DNA from: Isurus oxyrinchus
Lineage: Eukaryota
DNA: 64,000 nucleotides
Assembly (NCBI GenBank): GCA_026770705.1
Contig: JANJGN010000151.1
Span: forward strand, 620,001 to 684,000
Direction of reading: 5' to 3'
The position numbers and the translations under genes were made by a program. Shown in pieces: positions 25,857 through 40,011 of the stretch; position 1 is the first letter of the stretch; each line of letters starts with the position of its first letter. Under the pieces are notes generated by a model that saw only the letters and a list, made by a program, of their open reading frames with translations, was not told the DNA's origin and did no database searches.

Positions 25857-28326
25857 TTAGTATGAGGATGTTTTAAAGTGTTTCAACTGTTTGAAACAAC
25901 CAGTGGCCTTGGTGAAAGGACACATCAGCACCTTCTTCAGCTCTTCCCAGAACTTGCTCTGGGCCACTAACTGGAGCATATCGGTTGTCTCCTGAAGGAT
26001 GTACCGCGGATCATTGAAATCCAGGCTGGTGATGTAGCGCTCACCTGTGATCCGAACGTAGAGGAAATGTAAGAGATAGATGGCCCACAGGAGGAGGAAG
26101 CTGAGCGAGATGGCAAAAAGCAGGACAATGGACCTCTTGCGGTTGGTGAAGACGTGTCTCTATGACACTTGGTGCCCCGGAGTCCTTTGCGGGCTCTGCT
26201 GGCCGCTAAGATGTGCCCAGTCAGGCCGTAGAGCAGCAGAATGAGGAGGAATGGGAGGAAAAGAGTTAAGATGGTTCAGCCAGTCATAGGCCTGCCAGAT
26301 GGGCAAAGAGTATTAGGTGGACTAGAGGGCGCAGAACCAGGGCACCCCGTCCGGGATGTACAAGGGCTGGTAGCTGAATTAGTATGGGATGTTCCTCACA
26401 CAGCTCAGGGCACTGACCAGTGCTATAACCGGCAACACAGTTTTCTCGGTGCAGTATCTGGCCTTCAGGCTCTGACAGCAGATGGCCATGAAACAGTTGA
26501 TGGTGAAAGCCACAGTCAGCCAGGCTGAGCCATCCTGGGTGACATAGACCAGCAGATTGCTGAGTGTGCATGCGGGAGTGGTGGACAGGACACTATCCTG
26601 AAAGTAGATGCGGCCGATCCGGCTGAGGATGGCGGCAGTGATGATGACCAGGAGGTCACTCACTGCTACCGCCACCAGGTAGCAGGTGATGCATCGGGAG
26701 AGTCTGCACTGTCCTCAGGATAAGATTACGATCCCCAACAGGTTGGCTGTGAGAGATCAGGAGAGAGAGATGTTACTGTGCAGAATCCAAACACCAACAC
26801 TGTCTCGTCCAATCAGTTACTGTACCCCCACGGGCCGCCCCTCTGCCATTTCTGGACTGCAGCTATTTCAAAGCCTTTGGTCAATGTTCGGTATCCAATG
26901 CTGCATGAAACTTGTCAATGCAGACGGCATTTCAGTCGGACCCCGCCACAAATTCTGCTCTCTAGTCATTGAGTCGATCCCAAGGTCTCGCTATCCAAAT
27001 TAAGATCATCCAAAAAATGTGCTACCGGTGGCCTAAGTCAAAGCAATGCCCGTATTCCCATTAAGCCTATGCTCGCTGACAAAGATTAGCTATCAGGCGG
27101 CAACGTCTCAGTTTTCGTAATCTCCCCCTTCCATTTTTGGAACCCCTCTGTTTCCTCACCTCTCCCAATCCCTGTACAACTATAAGTATCTGAGATCTCA
27201 GTGAACGTCCTATCCTGTTCTCTCGTGTATCCCTGAAATTAACCTTCCCATTAGTAGCAGTTCTGCCTGGAGCTGCTGAGGCCATCATCTCTTTAATTCC
27301 CTCTCTCAACGGCTGCCTTTCTCATTCCTTCTTTTGGACGTTCCTTACAACCAAAGTCTTTGGTCAAACTTTGGGTTAAATATCTCTTCCTGGCGTTCGG
27401 TATTACGTGTATTTTTTCAGGCTCCTGTGAAGCATCCCCACCATACGCACTGCAGTGACTGAAGAAACAAGCACAACTCCACCTTTCACGTGAGAAATAA
27501 AAATGAGCAATAAACGTTGAACTTGCTGGTTATACCCACACTCCGTGGATGAATAAAACATTTCATTATTCAAAATATGCAAAACCAGCTGACAAAAAGC
27601 AAAATTCATAATAGGTCACCAATTTCTGACCTCCACTAACACCTTTCAAACGTTTCCATAATTAATTACTAAGGCTAGAATAGCAATCGGGATTGTCCAG
27701 TAAGCACTCACTGTACTGTAACTATTATATTATTTCACAGGTTGAAAAGTACATTAGTGTAATTACTAAACTTATGTTTATACTGCAATTCATCTAATAT
27801 AATGATTTCACTCTAATTCGTTTTCTGATGCTGTAGTAAGATACATGAACGAAAATATGTTACTACATTGTGGTATGCTATTATTCCACACAACACTTAA
27901 AACACTAGATTGTAATTGACGACCTCAAAATAAGCGTTCAGCGATATAACAGGTTTATGTTCATGCAAAGCCACACATTATAATTCATTTTTCAGCAATC
28001 CAGTAAACAGTATTCCTACAAAATCAATTGAATTGTACCTTGTAATGCTGCACAATGCAAGTACAACGTATGCTCTATAATTCGCCATAACACAGTTTAA
28101 TCCCATATAAGGCATCGGAACCTGGTTGAGAACCTTGACACTCTGATAGCACTGAATATTAGAGAAAAAAATTATCCCAACCCTGAAAGGGACGAGACAA
28201 ACTTTCTGTGGATTTGTAAAAAAATCATAAATAACTTATCTGTGATCCAGCACTTACCAGAGGCACCAATAACAGCGAGAATGGGATAGCAAATGCCAAA
28301 GAAGAGGCTTTTACTGGCCCGTGCAT
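25857..28326 (-). pseudogene. GPR139-like class A GPCR pseudogene (exon 1 28258-28326, exon 2 ~25857-26746)
   Basis: Exon 1 MHGPV../ICYPILAVIGAS|GTAAG (frameshift). Exon 2 ANLLGIVILS*GQCRLSRCITCYLVAVAVSDLLVII..SAWLTVAFTINCFMAICCQ..NRKRSIVLLFAISLSFLLLW..KFWEELK, with stops and frameshifts. Confidence 0.85.
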
Positions 28327-30056
28327 CGTCTCTCAGAAAAGAAAGTGATTCCCGAAACTGTGCACTTTAGTTCTGCGATGCATTCAAAGCCTCCTTCACT
28401 TATTCCGAATGAAGTCTCCAGAGGCAAAATTAAGTTACAACATACATCTTAGTTGCAGTTCAGTAAACAAACAGATCAGCCCACGGTTTTATGCCTCCCA
28501 TTCGTAACATTGGCAAGGTGCATGATGCCATTATACAAGTGGGTGAATTGTTGGCTGCAAATTCTGCGGTGCCCCCTCTCCACAAACCAGGCCTTTGCGT
28601 CTACATCAAGTGGAGCTCCTGATGGAACGTACTGACTTGGTCCTATCTCGCAGCAAAACACTTTTCTTCCGATGATTGCCACTATGCTGGGCGGGGCTTG
28701 AGTGTGATGATTCACCCCTCTATCACTGTCTCACACCACTTTCTCAAACTATAATACTCGTGACATGCAAGGCAACTGTTGAAAGCTTTCCATATTGCAA
28801 AAACAGAAAGAGAATTAATGTATGAGAATGCACCAGAGGAAGTGGGAGATTAAAGATAAAGACTGACATAGGGAAAGAAGAAAAACGAAAGGAAAGAGTG
28901 CAAATATAGAGTATAAGTGAACGAAAGAACGAATGACAGAAATTAAGCAAGATAACGCCTGGTGTTTGTCATTATGTGCCTGCTGTTTCTCACATTACGA
29001 CACATTAATTCTCGGATGACTGGCATTCAGTGCAGATTTCCCATTCCCACTAATAAGGTGATAGTGAGCAGCCTTCATGAATCACTGCAGTCCGCATGCC
29101 AAAGGTGTAGCCACAGTGTCTTTAGCACGGGTGTTGCAAAATTAGACCTCAGGGTCAATGGAAGACCGGCAACATATTTACAAGTTGGAATAGGATAAGG
29201 TTTGGAGGGGATAGCGGCTGTTAACCCTGGCACCCGCTGCCCTTCTGAGTGATGAGATCATTGGTTTGAAAGATACTTTCAAAGAAGGCTTGGTGTGTTC
29301 CTGCAGCCCATCCTCTGGACTCCACATACTCAAGCCACGCTTGGGAGTTTGGAGGTGAGCCAGTCGACGCAGAACATCGAGCTGTGGCGTGCTATTGTGG
29401 GAGGCTCAGTTCAGGTTGTTAACGGTGGAGAATTCACAGTAGGTCATACCATTGAAAGCAATGTGGAGGTGGTAGTGTTGCCACTAATTCAAGCAATCAA
29501 TGTCACCTCAGATGATTGTGTTTTAGAAGATTGCTAATAAATGGGTCCGTTCAATGTGTCAGGTAAATGGAATTCTTTTCTCGGACCAGAGTCTGGAGAA
29601 ATGAGACAGGAGAACGTACTGAATTATACTTACTGCTCCCGATTAGCTATTAGATTACTATAAGAATTAAGTTCATACTGGCCTGGACCCTCCATTTGTT
29701 ATCACTGCACGGTTAAAACCATTCTTCTGTTTATATTTCACGAGACTCTGTCTCACTTACTGGTGCACAAGGCCAGCTCCTCTTGTAATACGTGTTTCCC
29801 AGTCGCTGTTATTTGTGCGTTTCTCTCTATACAACACGGGCCTCTTTCTCAGTTTAAAAAACACGAGGCACGGCATCCGTTATTACTGCAATGGATGAAT
29901 CATTTGTTTATATCACAGAAGAGCTGGCCTCAATCATTCCAGCATTGAACTCGTTTCGCTTTCGGTGGCACCAGATCCTGCCTGAGTTATTTCTGCTGCA
30001 GAATATCTTTCTGTTTAGATCATTGACAAATTTGTCTTTAATTGTGCCATAAAATT

Positions 30057-30152
30057 CGATTCCGGTGGGATTCGAATCGAACCCACAAATTGCAGATGCC
30101 TTTAGTGGCAGAGGCTAGAAGTCCGACACGCTGCCCGTTGTGCCACAGAGCG
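30057..30152 (-). tRNA. Intron-containing tRNA-Arg(TCT), probably a pseudogene
   Basis: Minus strand GCTCTGTGGCACAACGGGCAGCGTGTCGGACTTCTAG-intron-..TTGTGGGTTCGATTCGAATCCCACCGGAATCG then TTTT. It matches the vertebrate tRNA-Arg-TCT pattern but has a 5-nt duplication in the T loop and stem mismatches. Confidence 0.75.
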
Positions 30153-31143
30153 GATAGTAGTAAGGAGTGATCGCTGATTTTATAAGAATATCCTTTTTTT
30201 TAGAATATTTTTATATTACATTGGGCCCTGCGCCAGATTTACTGCGAAATGACATGTAATTATTTATATTTCGTCAGATACTGTGTGGAGATTAATATTA
30301 CACTAGACCCTGTGTCTGCTTATATTACACCAGATCATCCCCCTGGAACACACGAGTGTCTGTCTAGTGCAATGGAAATATGTGTAAGAAGGGAAATTCG
30401 GTCTCTTGGCGAAGAAGGTCGCCATCTTGCAATCGTGCACTGAAAATATGTCAAATGCGATCCGTTTCGATGCGCTTAGCTTTCATTGTAGTATGTTTTA
30501 ATACGGCATCAGAAGGACTCAAGTGAATCGTCGCCACAAGAAACTTAAACATAATTGTTCATCCCACTTCACTAGCAGAGACATATTGGTTTCTTTCTTC
30601 ATTGCCGGTTTCTTGTTAAATAAATTTACAATTTCCCATTGAAAACTTCTCAGAATTTTTAAGAGTAATATTGGCTCTACCGCACTTAATTCCGCTTGAT
30701 CTCTTACCTCTTTGTTTGCTCTGAGACACTCCGCTGAGTGAAATTCACTAAGTAAGTGGACATGGTTGCGGATAGAATTCTGAGTCATTTCAGATAAACT
30801 CCGCGGCCTGTAGCAAGTGATCTTCTTGATATTTGACTTAGCGAGAAACCAATTCGTGGAGCACACAGTGGGACATCATGTCATATTGCTACTGCTCATC
30901 ACTGCAGATCAGATTCTGCAGTTTGTTTTATACTCCCTGGCTGCTCCCGGGAACAGTTGGGTGACAGTTTGATCCGAGGTTAACGTGGTTTCCTCTCGCT
31001 GTGTGTCTGGGCGGCTGACAGCGCCGCTGCGCATTGTAGCTTCATCTACCCGCGATTCTACACAAACCCCAACAGACAGGAGCTCCCACTAACAGTGCGG
31101 AGGCAGTTTTTGTACAGGGGTGAGATTGATTTTCATCACTGTG

Positions 31144-31606
31144 TGTCTGAAAGCGCAGTAATAGACGGCAGCATCAGTCAGCTGCAGACCCGAGATGGTT
31201 AAGCTGATGAATTTAGCGGCGGTCAGGAGCCCTGCAGAGAAGCGACTTCTCGCAAATTCTGCCTTTCTTTCAATGTCAACGGTATCCTTCAACAATACAA
31301 ACTGGGGCTCTGTGTCTGGGTGTTGTCGGTACCAGTGTAACATATAGCTTCTCCTTGTAGTATCATAGTTACAGTTTAAAGTCACCTCTTCTCCTTCTGT
31401 CTTGACATCTGACGAGAGTGACTGAGTGACAGAGTCCCCATGAGTCCCGTCTGGAAAAAAAATTATGAAAACAAAGGTTAAGACGACAGCTGATTGAAAT
31501 CTGATTGAAACCATGCCTGGAAAATGAGATAAATATGAAATGTATTCCCTTCACGATTACCTGTCAGAAATGCTGCCCACACAACCCAGATGCTGAATAG
31601 CCGCAT
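31144..31606 (-). CDS. TCR alpha/delta V gene segment, apparently functional (leader 31561-31606, V exon 31144-31450)
   Basis: MRLFSIWVVWAAFLT|DGTHGDSVTQSLSSDVKTEGEEVTLNCNYDTTRRSYMLHWYRQHPDTEPQFVLLKDTVDIERKAEFARSRFSAGLLTAAKFISLTISGLQLTDAAVYYCAFR. RSS CACAGTG-23-ACAAAAACT at 31105-31143. Confidence 0.95.
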
Positions 31607-33394
31607 TGTCGCTGTCCGCCCTGTCAATGGGCTGCTCGATATTTAAAGACATCCTTTCTAATCCCCGCCCTCAATTATCCGTTGTCGTGTCCCAGGATGT
31701 TTACACCTCACTTCCTGGGTTCTCTGTGGTGCGGCGAGACTGGCAGGCTTTGAGAGAGCAGACAGTAACTTCAAGCGCCCTGACCTGGATTACACTCACT
31801 ATCCTTACAGAGGAAATGGATCCGGATTTAGAGAGCAGTGTTGGGGATGCAATCCTTCCTGATCCGCTGGAGTCCAACTGGACGTTATCAAGATGGAGAT
31901 AGAACAGTATAATGTTTCCAGGATTTCCGATGATGCAGATTTATGCTGGACATTAAGCTATCAGGAGGTTGAAAACGGTGTGGGGTGGTTGGGTGTCATT
32001 GCACGAAAGTGGTAGACAGGAACATATTTCGAAAAGGTTATTCTCCTTGCCAAGAAGAATAGGGGAAATGAAGGACTGCTTCTCTTTTTGAAATGGTGAA
32101 ATCTATTACATGTCAGTGTTAAATGTTTTAACTCAATTCTCCGGGGCTCCCTCTCTCTTCTTCCTCAAGAGTTCCCTTACACATGCCCAGATGATACTCC
32201 TCCCTCACTCTCACTGACCATAATTACAACATGTTCATTATTCCCTGTGTGTGTGAAAGATATCTCGATATTGCATTTTGAGCTCTTATATGTTTTATCA
32301 ATGTTCTCCAGTTTTATTTCAAAACTTCCATTTAGAATAATGTTGTAGGCTATGTTATCACACAGACACTGCCTGATACGACTGCATTGAGGCACTGGGA
32401 TGTGATGGTGATTGAAACAATTTTTAATTCGTTCTTCAGAAGTGAACACAGCCGGCATGGCCAAGACTAAGCTCGCATTGCGAAATGTCATTGAGACGGT
32501 GATAGTAAGTCTCCTTGTCTGTGCTGTGGATACACACACGGTCCTATGCTTCTGTAGAGCCTTGATTCAAATGAGTGGTGTGCGAGGAAATTTCCGGGCG
32601 CAGTAAAGAAGCAATCTCATCGTTGTCAATTTGCAGTCACATGTGGGCCGGACCACGTAAAAGTGACTGATATCCTTTTCTGAAGCAGCAGTGAACCAGG
32701 TGCGGTTTTACAACAATGTGATACTCCCATGACCTTGGTTCGCTTTGATCTTCAGAGTATTAGTGCTCTGTATTACGCTCAACAGCAGCAATCTCACTAT
32801 TCTACCACTTCGCATTTTGCTCAGCTGACTGTTGCAGGACACAAGGACTAGGGTCTGTCCCCTGGGTCTGGACCTTTCAAATGAATCAGCATCCGAATGC
32901 TTTGATATCAGCCAAGCATGTCGCAAGAAATCATTACAAATTGTACATGTATTAAATCTGACTCGTCTTGGCCCAGCAATAGCTTCTGTTGTTTGTTCCC
33001 TCTGCCTGTCCCGCATTGCCTGCTCTGATATCAGGAATATTTTTGCCGGTGTTCCTTTTTGGCATCGTCTGGATGAGCAGTCCAGTGGGACGGGTAAATG
33101 CATCACTTCACCGAACGAGGACATCCTGGAGAGTTCCAGAGTCAGGAATTATTCTGCAGAACTGTGCAGCGCCGGTCTTCATTATTATTTCACTTCTCAC
33201 TATGTTTTGCTGCCGAATAGAAATCTACTCTCCCACTGACTGAAGTAATGTGGATATTATAGTTTGTAATCGGGTGCTGATGGTGGTGGGTCTAACTCAT
33301 TGCCTATTCACCCTCCTTCCCAACGTGTTTTGAATCTGATGTACTTTTTTAACACGTGCGCATCTGATCTACTCATTCTGAGGTTGATTTCGGG

Positions 33395-33705
33395 ATCGGG
33401 GTCATGGAGATTCGCTCATACTGCCCCTGCCTTCAAGGATTAACACGGAAGAAGCGGGTGTAGCTTTAGCTTGTACCCATAATAATGTTTATGTCAACAG
33501 GTATTGTTTCCATTGGTATCGGCCACAAACCGAAACCCAACCCAAGTTTACCATGTTGAAATTTACTGGCGGTTATGAAGAGAAAACAGATTTTGAGGGG
33601 AAAATGTTTTTCTGCAGACCTCAACAGCTTGGAGAAATTGTTCACTTCGCCCATCCCGAGTGTGCAGCTGACCGACATTACAGATTGAAAGTGCTCACTG
33701 AGACT
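33395..33705 (+). pseudogene. TCR V pseudogene
   Basis: DRGHGDSLILPLPSRINTEEAGVALACTHNNVYVNRYCFHWYRPQTETQPKFTMLKFTGGYEEKTDF/fs/FSADLNSLEKLFTSPIPSVQLTDITD*KCSLR. Confidence 0.75.
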
Positions 33706-33859
33706 CTCAGCAACATCCCCGTCATGAAACTGCCCTCGCCTTGTAGAGTACGTGCTCTATCAGTTCACATCAATTGCAACAGTGCTTAGCTGTGAAAACC
33801 ATGCCGTCTTCTTAAGTTCAATTTCAATTACCAGCCCCGTCTTGTCTTTGAACAGCGAC

Positions 33860-34650
33860 CAACAAAGCCCCATCGCCAGAACTTTCCAACAAGCAGCAAG
33901 ATGTAGCTTGGCTGGTGATGAAAAAGGCCCTCCCCGTCAGATCCTTCCAACACTCCATGAGTCTCATCCCATCTGCACGCTGCCCTCGAGGTGACTGGCG
34001 AGGAGGAGACGGTTGTTCACCTCCTTGTGGAACGCATGTTTGCTAAGAAGGCCTGGAGAGAGGTGCAGTGATTTTTGTCGAGGTTCATTTCGAGCAATGC
34101 TGTGACACAGGACTCTGTGCTCCACGGGCTCTTCCCAGGGACACACTCCGAGACAAACATCAACTGCAGCCGGGGGATCATCAACTCGGTGAAAGCCGCT
34201 CTTTGGTCTGCCTGAAACCTGCTGGTCTTCCAGTGCAAAGAGTTGTCCCTGACTGAATGTTGCAGGCTGGCACATTCCAAAGTCCAGTAAGGGATGCACT
34301 AACGTTTGGGACAGACGCCGCAAGTGCGCAATTGGGGAAAAGGAATAGACTGCTCAGGCTGCACGGCTCACAATGAATGTATGCAGTGAAAGCAACATGT
34401 ATCATTATTGTATTGAAGCAACTCAAAGTGCAACATGATGTATGTTGATAACTCCAATGCCATTGCACTGTCTGACTGTCTGTAATGGCCACATTGAAAT
34501 GTCTACAATGTTCATTGATTGTATTGAAGCACCTTACGATCTGTGTGGAAAACTGGAATAAGATGGCACTTTTAGTGATGGCCATTTTGAAATGTTTTGT
34601 AATGTTCGCTTATTAGCATTTAGGAATAAAGTATATTTTTCCAAAAAATA
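33860..34650 (+). mobile_element. Tx1/L1-clade LINE 3' end (zf-RVT region)
   Basis: SWLVMKKALP..ARCPRGD..EETVVHLLVE..AKKAWREV..GLFPGTH; ends in AATAAA plus an A-rich tail. Confidence 0.75.
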
Positions 34651-35707
34651 ATAACCCGCTTTCTCTCTGCTTGCTTTGGAAACGTTTACAGCGAGTCGCC
34701 TCTCGAAGGCAGTCGCAGTTCACAGTATAAAAACAAAGAATTATGGCCATCCTCATCGGATCGAGAAGCATCGGCACATAGCGAATCAAAAATAAGGTTT
34801 CATGTCCGTCACATTTCAGCTGAACTCAGTCTGAGGAGCTGCTGATTTCTGGTGAAAGGTCACAGACTGGAACCTCCACTCTGTTTCTGGTTGCATTGCA
34901 TTTTCTGTTTGCGTTTCGAATTTGGTTAACTTTCTGCTGGGAGACACAAGAGAGGAGGGGGAAATATCACCTGAAGGACAATCACATGCCCATTCTTTTA
35001 GACAACTATTTGGTTACAATTTGGGACGAGAGAAAATATGCCTACGTTGGGGACACGCCAGTTTAAGGACGGATTTTACTGTATAATTATACTAGTGTTC
35101 TTTAAGAATCATCAGACAAAGGCATAAGTAAACACTCAGGATATCTCTCAGTTCCCTGGGACACAATCAGACAATGAAGCTCGCCACGTAGCAAAGACTG
35201 CACTGAACAACTACCCACTCAGTCCGACAGTAACTGCTGTGACTGTCAGTATCTCTGATGAAAGACCCTCTCTAATGGGATTTATAGGACATCCCCCGGC
35301 AGCCCTGCCTGTCTCCCCCATTGGGGCTGAGGAAGGGGCAGAGGGGCGAATTTCCAAACACAAACCCTATCCAGGTCAGTTCCCCCCCCAACCCCCAAAC
35401 CTTGTCTCCTCCTCCTTTCACCTACTGAGTGATATTCTGAGTGATGAGATCAGACGGTGTAGGAGGAATTGGGAAAACTATATTTGACGAGTCAGCACTC
35501 GTGTTGAAATGCTGTTAACCAGTTAAGGCATTCGCTACTTTTTATTGGAAATGAATTACAAGAGGTACTTCCCCTTCCCCACCAACCCACCACCCACTCC
35601 CATCCCCCACCACTTCCGTTATAGCTTTCCTTACAGCAGTTTCTTAATTTAACAGATTGCAACAATAAACATATCTGCTATTCGAAGAGATTGTTACTGA
35701 GGATATA

Positions 35708-36195
35708 ATGAGGCTCATGCCGCATCGTCATCTGGTTATATTGTCGCTGGTGTTTGGTAGGTGCAGCCATATCATTTTATCCGTTTGCAGTAATGCAATG
35801 TTAATAGACTTTTCAAATCAGTATTGCATTCAGCTTTTCCTTACGTTTAATTTCAGGTGTGATTCAGGCAGATTCTGTGTCCTAACCTCATACCACACTG
35901 AATATTACTGAAGGAGGTAGTATGAAAATAGACTGTAGCTACACAACAAGTCATGGTAATCCAGATCTGTACTCGTACAGACAGCACAAGAACCAGGCTC
36001 CTCCTTTCATTTTGAATCGAGATATAACTAATAAAAGCGATGCAGATTTTGCCAAAGGGAAATTCGAGGCCGGCCAGACTGACGAAGGAAAGGAGTTTCC
36101 TTTAACGATCACTCAAGCGGAAATCCAGGTCATCGCCGTATATTTCTGCGTGCTGAGCAGTTGGTTTAAAACACATCTTTCGCTGTACAAAAACC
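35708..36195 (+). pseudogene. TCR V pseudogene (leader 35708-35756, V exon from 35857)
   Basis: MRLMPHRHLVILSLVF|GVIQADSVS*PHTTLNITEGGSMKIDCSYTTSHGNPDLYSYRQ..AVYFCVLS. Early TAA, W>S, damaged heptamer, nonamer ACAAAAACC at 36187-36195. Confidence 0.9.
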
Positions 36196-37639
36196 CCAGT
36201 GATGAACTGCCAGCTCAAGGAAACCCGCCCCCGTGGGTAAGTGCTATTTGCGGCTCAGTGTAATTGTTCCATCTCACCACCCTATTTCCTCTAGTCATAA
36301 ATTTGTGTGTTCAAGCCCCACTCCAGACACCCGAGCACATAAACCAATGCTGACACTTCTACTGCCAATATGAAGGGAGCATTGCAGTGTCCGTGGTCCG
36401 ATTTTTCAGATGAGCTGCTAAATGGAGGCTCAATTTAACGTGGAGGATCCATTCCGAGGAGGGTCATTTATTGTGTAAAAGAGCGGGGCAGCTCTTCCAT
36501 AAATTTAAGCCTCAAACGGCATCACTGAAACAGATGATCACATTGTTCTTTGTGGGTGCTTGCTGTGCGCATTTTGACTATTTACTACATTACAATAGTG
36601 ACTGCAATTCATATTTACTTCATTCTTGCTGCGGGACAGGCTAGATGGGCTCAGCAGCTCTTTGCTTTCTGTAATTGTTCGTAGGGAACGATGTGTGCAA
36701 ATTGTGGACCTGCACACCTTATATTCGCATGGAAGAATAATAAGACTAAATTCAGTTTATCGGAGTGCATGCATACATTTCCTGATGCATTTACAGCTTT
36801 TGCTGTCTTCTTAACGAAGCGTTTAGAAGTGCGGTGTGATTAAATTAAATCTCGCTGACGCTTTCACTGAATCATCAGTCACTCATTTTCATACCAAAAT
36901 TCCCCCATAGCACAGCATGTTGTCCGCATTTAGTGGACATTCCTCATCACTGACAAACCGAGTTAGAGCCAAATATGATTTGTCATAAATTACAGTTGCT
37001 GAGATAGTGTGCTAATATCTGCATGGATAGTACATACCGATGAAATCGAATGAAAATAAGCAGCGAGAAGCAAGCAAAATAAGCTGATGAAACCCAGCAG
37101 GCAACATATTTGAAAAATATCACGTTACTTTTTAAATCATTTCATTTTCAAACCCCAAGCTATCTGCTACGATGTTCTTTAAACGTAACTGAATCTAACC
37201 ATATTACAGGAAATGAAGTGATGCGCGGTAACCTTGAAAGTGGAACAATCGGTGCAAACACGAGCAGAAATTTTTCCTGTTAAGATTCAATTCACAGCTA
37301 GGTTTCAAATGCCAGGGCGCAGTAAAGATCAAAAACAAAAAATTTGCACAGAAAAATAAGTGCGAGGGCCTCAAAACATTTTGGCTGCACCGAAAAAGAT
37401 TATTTTAGGAAAACAGAAAAGGAAATATGTTTTTGCGAAGATTTGTGTTTCTGAATGTCTGGCTGTCCAGTTTTGAAAAAAGAACAAAGAAACCCGGGTT
37501 AACTACAAAACCGACTTATTTTGGAACAATATTGGAATTGTAAATGTCGTGTATGAATACTTAATTTTTCTATTCTTTCTCTATCTCTCTCCCTCTCTCT
37601 CTTCTCTGTCCTTTCTCTACTTCATTCCCTCTGCAAGTA

Positions 37640-37890
37640 AATTTCACTCTACATTGTCAAGGAGATGCCGAGGGCAGGCACAGCACGGGTTAGTTCCAGA
37701 GTCAATCTCCCTCTATTCTGCCCCTATAAAACACTCCCAGGACAGGTACAGCACAGGATAGATACCGAATAAAGTTCTTTCTACACTGTCCCTGTAAAAC
37801 ACTCCCAGATTTGATGCAACTCTGTTAGAGCCAGAGTAAGTCCTGCTTTACAACTTCCCATCAAACACTTCTGGGACAGATGAAGCATGG
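37640..37890. repeat. Degenerate tandem repeat, ~70-bp unit
   Basis: CTCTACACTGTCCC..AAACACTCCCAGGACAGGTACAGCA-like unit recurs ~4 times. Confidence 0.65.
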
Positions 37891-39480
37891 AATATATTTC
37901 AGTGCATTCTTAAAATGGTAATGAACTTTTAAACCTTTTGAATATTTAGTTTCCAAATTAAATTATGTTTTTTTAGAAATAAGGAAGTCAATTGCATTTT
38001 TCTAGCTCCTTTTGCGATCTCATGGTGTCCTAAAGTATGTTGCACCATTATATCCAATGGAATACTTGAGAAGTTATATTGCAATACAAGGAAACGGACC
38101 AGAAAATGATGCTGACAATGGGATCCAACAAAGATAAATGTGATAATAAACAGTTATTCTGATATTTGATATGATTACGGGCTAACTATTGGAACAAGGA
38201 TAATTCCCATGTTGGAAATGTTATGCCATCGGAAAGGACAGGCAAAGACTCGCTTTAAATTCATATGCAAGAAATGATATGCCCGAAACTGAAGCTCTTC
38301 CTATAATGTTAGACTGTATTTTGTGCTGAAATCTGTAATGATGTTAATCAGTAATGAAAGTGAAAATTCTACTACTGGAAAACATGGCGAGCACACAGTT
38401 TCTCCAGCCTGGAGCTCAACAGATTAGGGATCTGTTATTAGTCATTAGGCTAAATATTAATTCAGAAAATGTAATAGATTTATGCTGTGAGAAACATATG
38501 AATGCATCCGCGGATTGTTGCCTTATCTCAGCCTCAAATCAACAAATCAATTCCCAGGCATATCCTCACACATTTCTGAAACATAAATAAGCAAATCATT
38601 CACATGATCCACAATTCGTTGGGAGATCAAAGAACATAGCCACATTCAGGAAGGATACGAAGAATTTTGTTCTTTCCTGTGACATATTCCGTTACTTGCA
38701 AGTGTCTCGATGATTTCTCCTCCTGTTCCATATTCAAGTAGATAGTATAAGCAAAGGCTGCATAGTTAATGTTATTACCCTGTTGTTAAGGTTAAAAGGT
38801 CTCTTCAGGTGGCGCTCAGAGCAATTACAAAGGGAAGCCGTTCGTCGGATTGCAACTAACAATGTTTCTGCCAGTTCTGTCTCTACAATTTCCGATTGAT
38901 AATGGGCGGCTTGTAACCACTGCGCCCTCTGGTAGGAAATCTAAGAATTTTACACAGTTTGAACAATGAGCAGAATGCTAATTTATCCATGGGACAATTT
39001 CAAGCAACCATACTTTCTGAAACGGACTTCAAAAAATTCAACTGCGTAACAACGGAGGAAATATGAGAAATATTAAAGGAACGGGCATTTCACCTTATTT
39101 AAGTTTCTCCTCAATGATGACATTATCTGATCTTTACATTGATGCATCGCACTCGTTAATGTTTGCTTTCTTCCACTTATGATTGCATTGTTTCCTAACA
39201 TTTTGTCCTCTTCCCTTTTTCGCTTTCTGGTTTCCTCTTATTCATTCTGGCTTGTGTGCTAACTTTTCCTTTTTTTCTCGCTGTGTTTCCAACTCTCTTC
39301 ATTTCTGACTCTGTTCAAACTTACACTTCTTGATTTTATTTTACGTTCTCATCTCATTAATCCTGCCCTCGGATCTTTCTAAAAGCGCCACTTGAAGACC
39401 GATCCTTGAAACACAGCGGAACTGCTCAAACACTCGGTCTAGGTTTCTGTACGAGCTCAACATTTGATCGTTAGGCTGTC

Positions 39481-39854
39481 ACCTTATGGAGCACAGATCG
39501 CTGGCAGTGTCTATAACCTGAGCGTGCCTCAGTCATGGCAAAGCGTTTGTTGCCCCCCTCGATTGAAGCAGTGATCATCTCGTGTTGATCAGTCCTTCTT
39601 GTGGCCATCACCAGATGCTGACGGGGTGGCGGGGGTTCGGCTGGGGGGGAGGTGGAGGGCGGTGGGCGATGGTCAGATTCCGGAGCTGTCTGCACCAACG
39701 CACGATGTCAGACGCAATTATGATGATATGATATGATTCCCATTTCACTAACAACCATCCGCTGATGGAGCTGCATCACCTTATCTTCACCGATCACCTC
39801 CGTGTTGATCAGAGTTGAAAACAGCAGAAATACTCGTCAAATCCGAAGCTTCAT
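39481..39854 (-). pseudogene. Highly decayed V relic
   Basis: Leader-like MKLRI*RVFLLFSTLI; FR3 relic ITASIEGGNKRFAM/LRHAQVIDTASDLCSIR; RSS relic GACAGCC-23-ACAGAAACC at 39442-39480. Confidence 0.55.
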
Positions 39855-40011
39855 CACAACACATGCAATACAGGCTGAAACAATTCTCCAGGGGGTCAGG
39901 TTAAAATCAGGAGATGGACATTTTATTTTGAAGACTTAACAAGAAGCCACTCAGAGGCGCCTTCCTATCGACCTAACGAAAGAAAGTGAGTCATGGAGCT
40001 TACCCACTAGA

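Noticed and set aside
29340-29565. Possible germline-joined V-J-like exon
   Set aside because: Only vague FR1/FR3 resemblance; the key Cys and Trp are absent.
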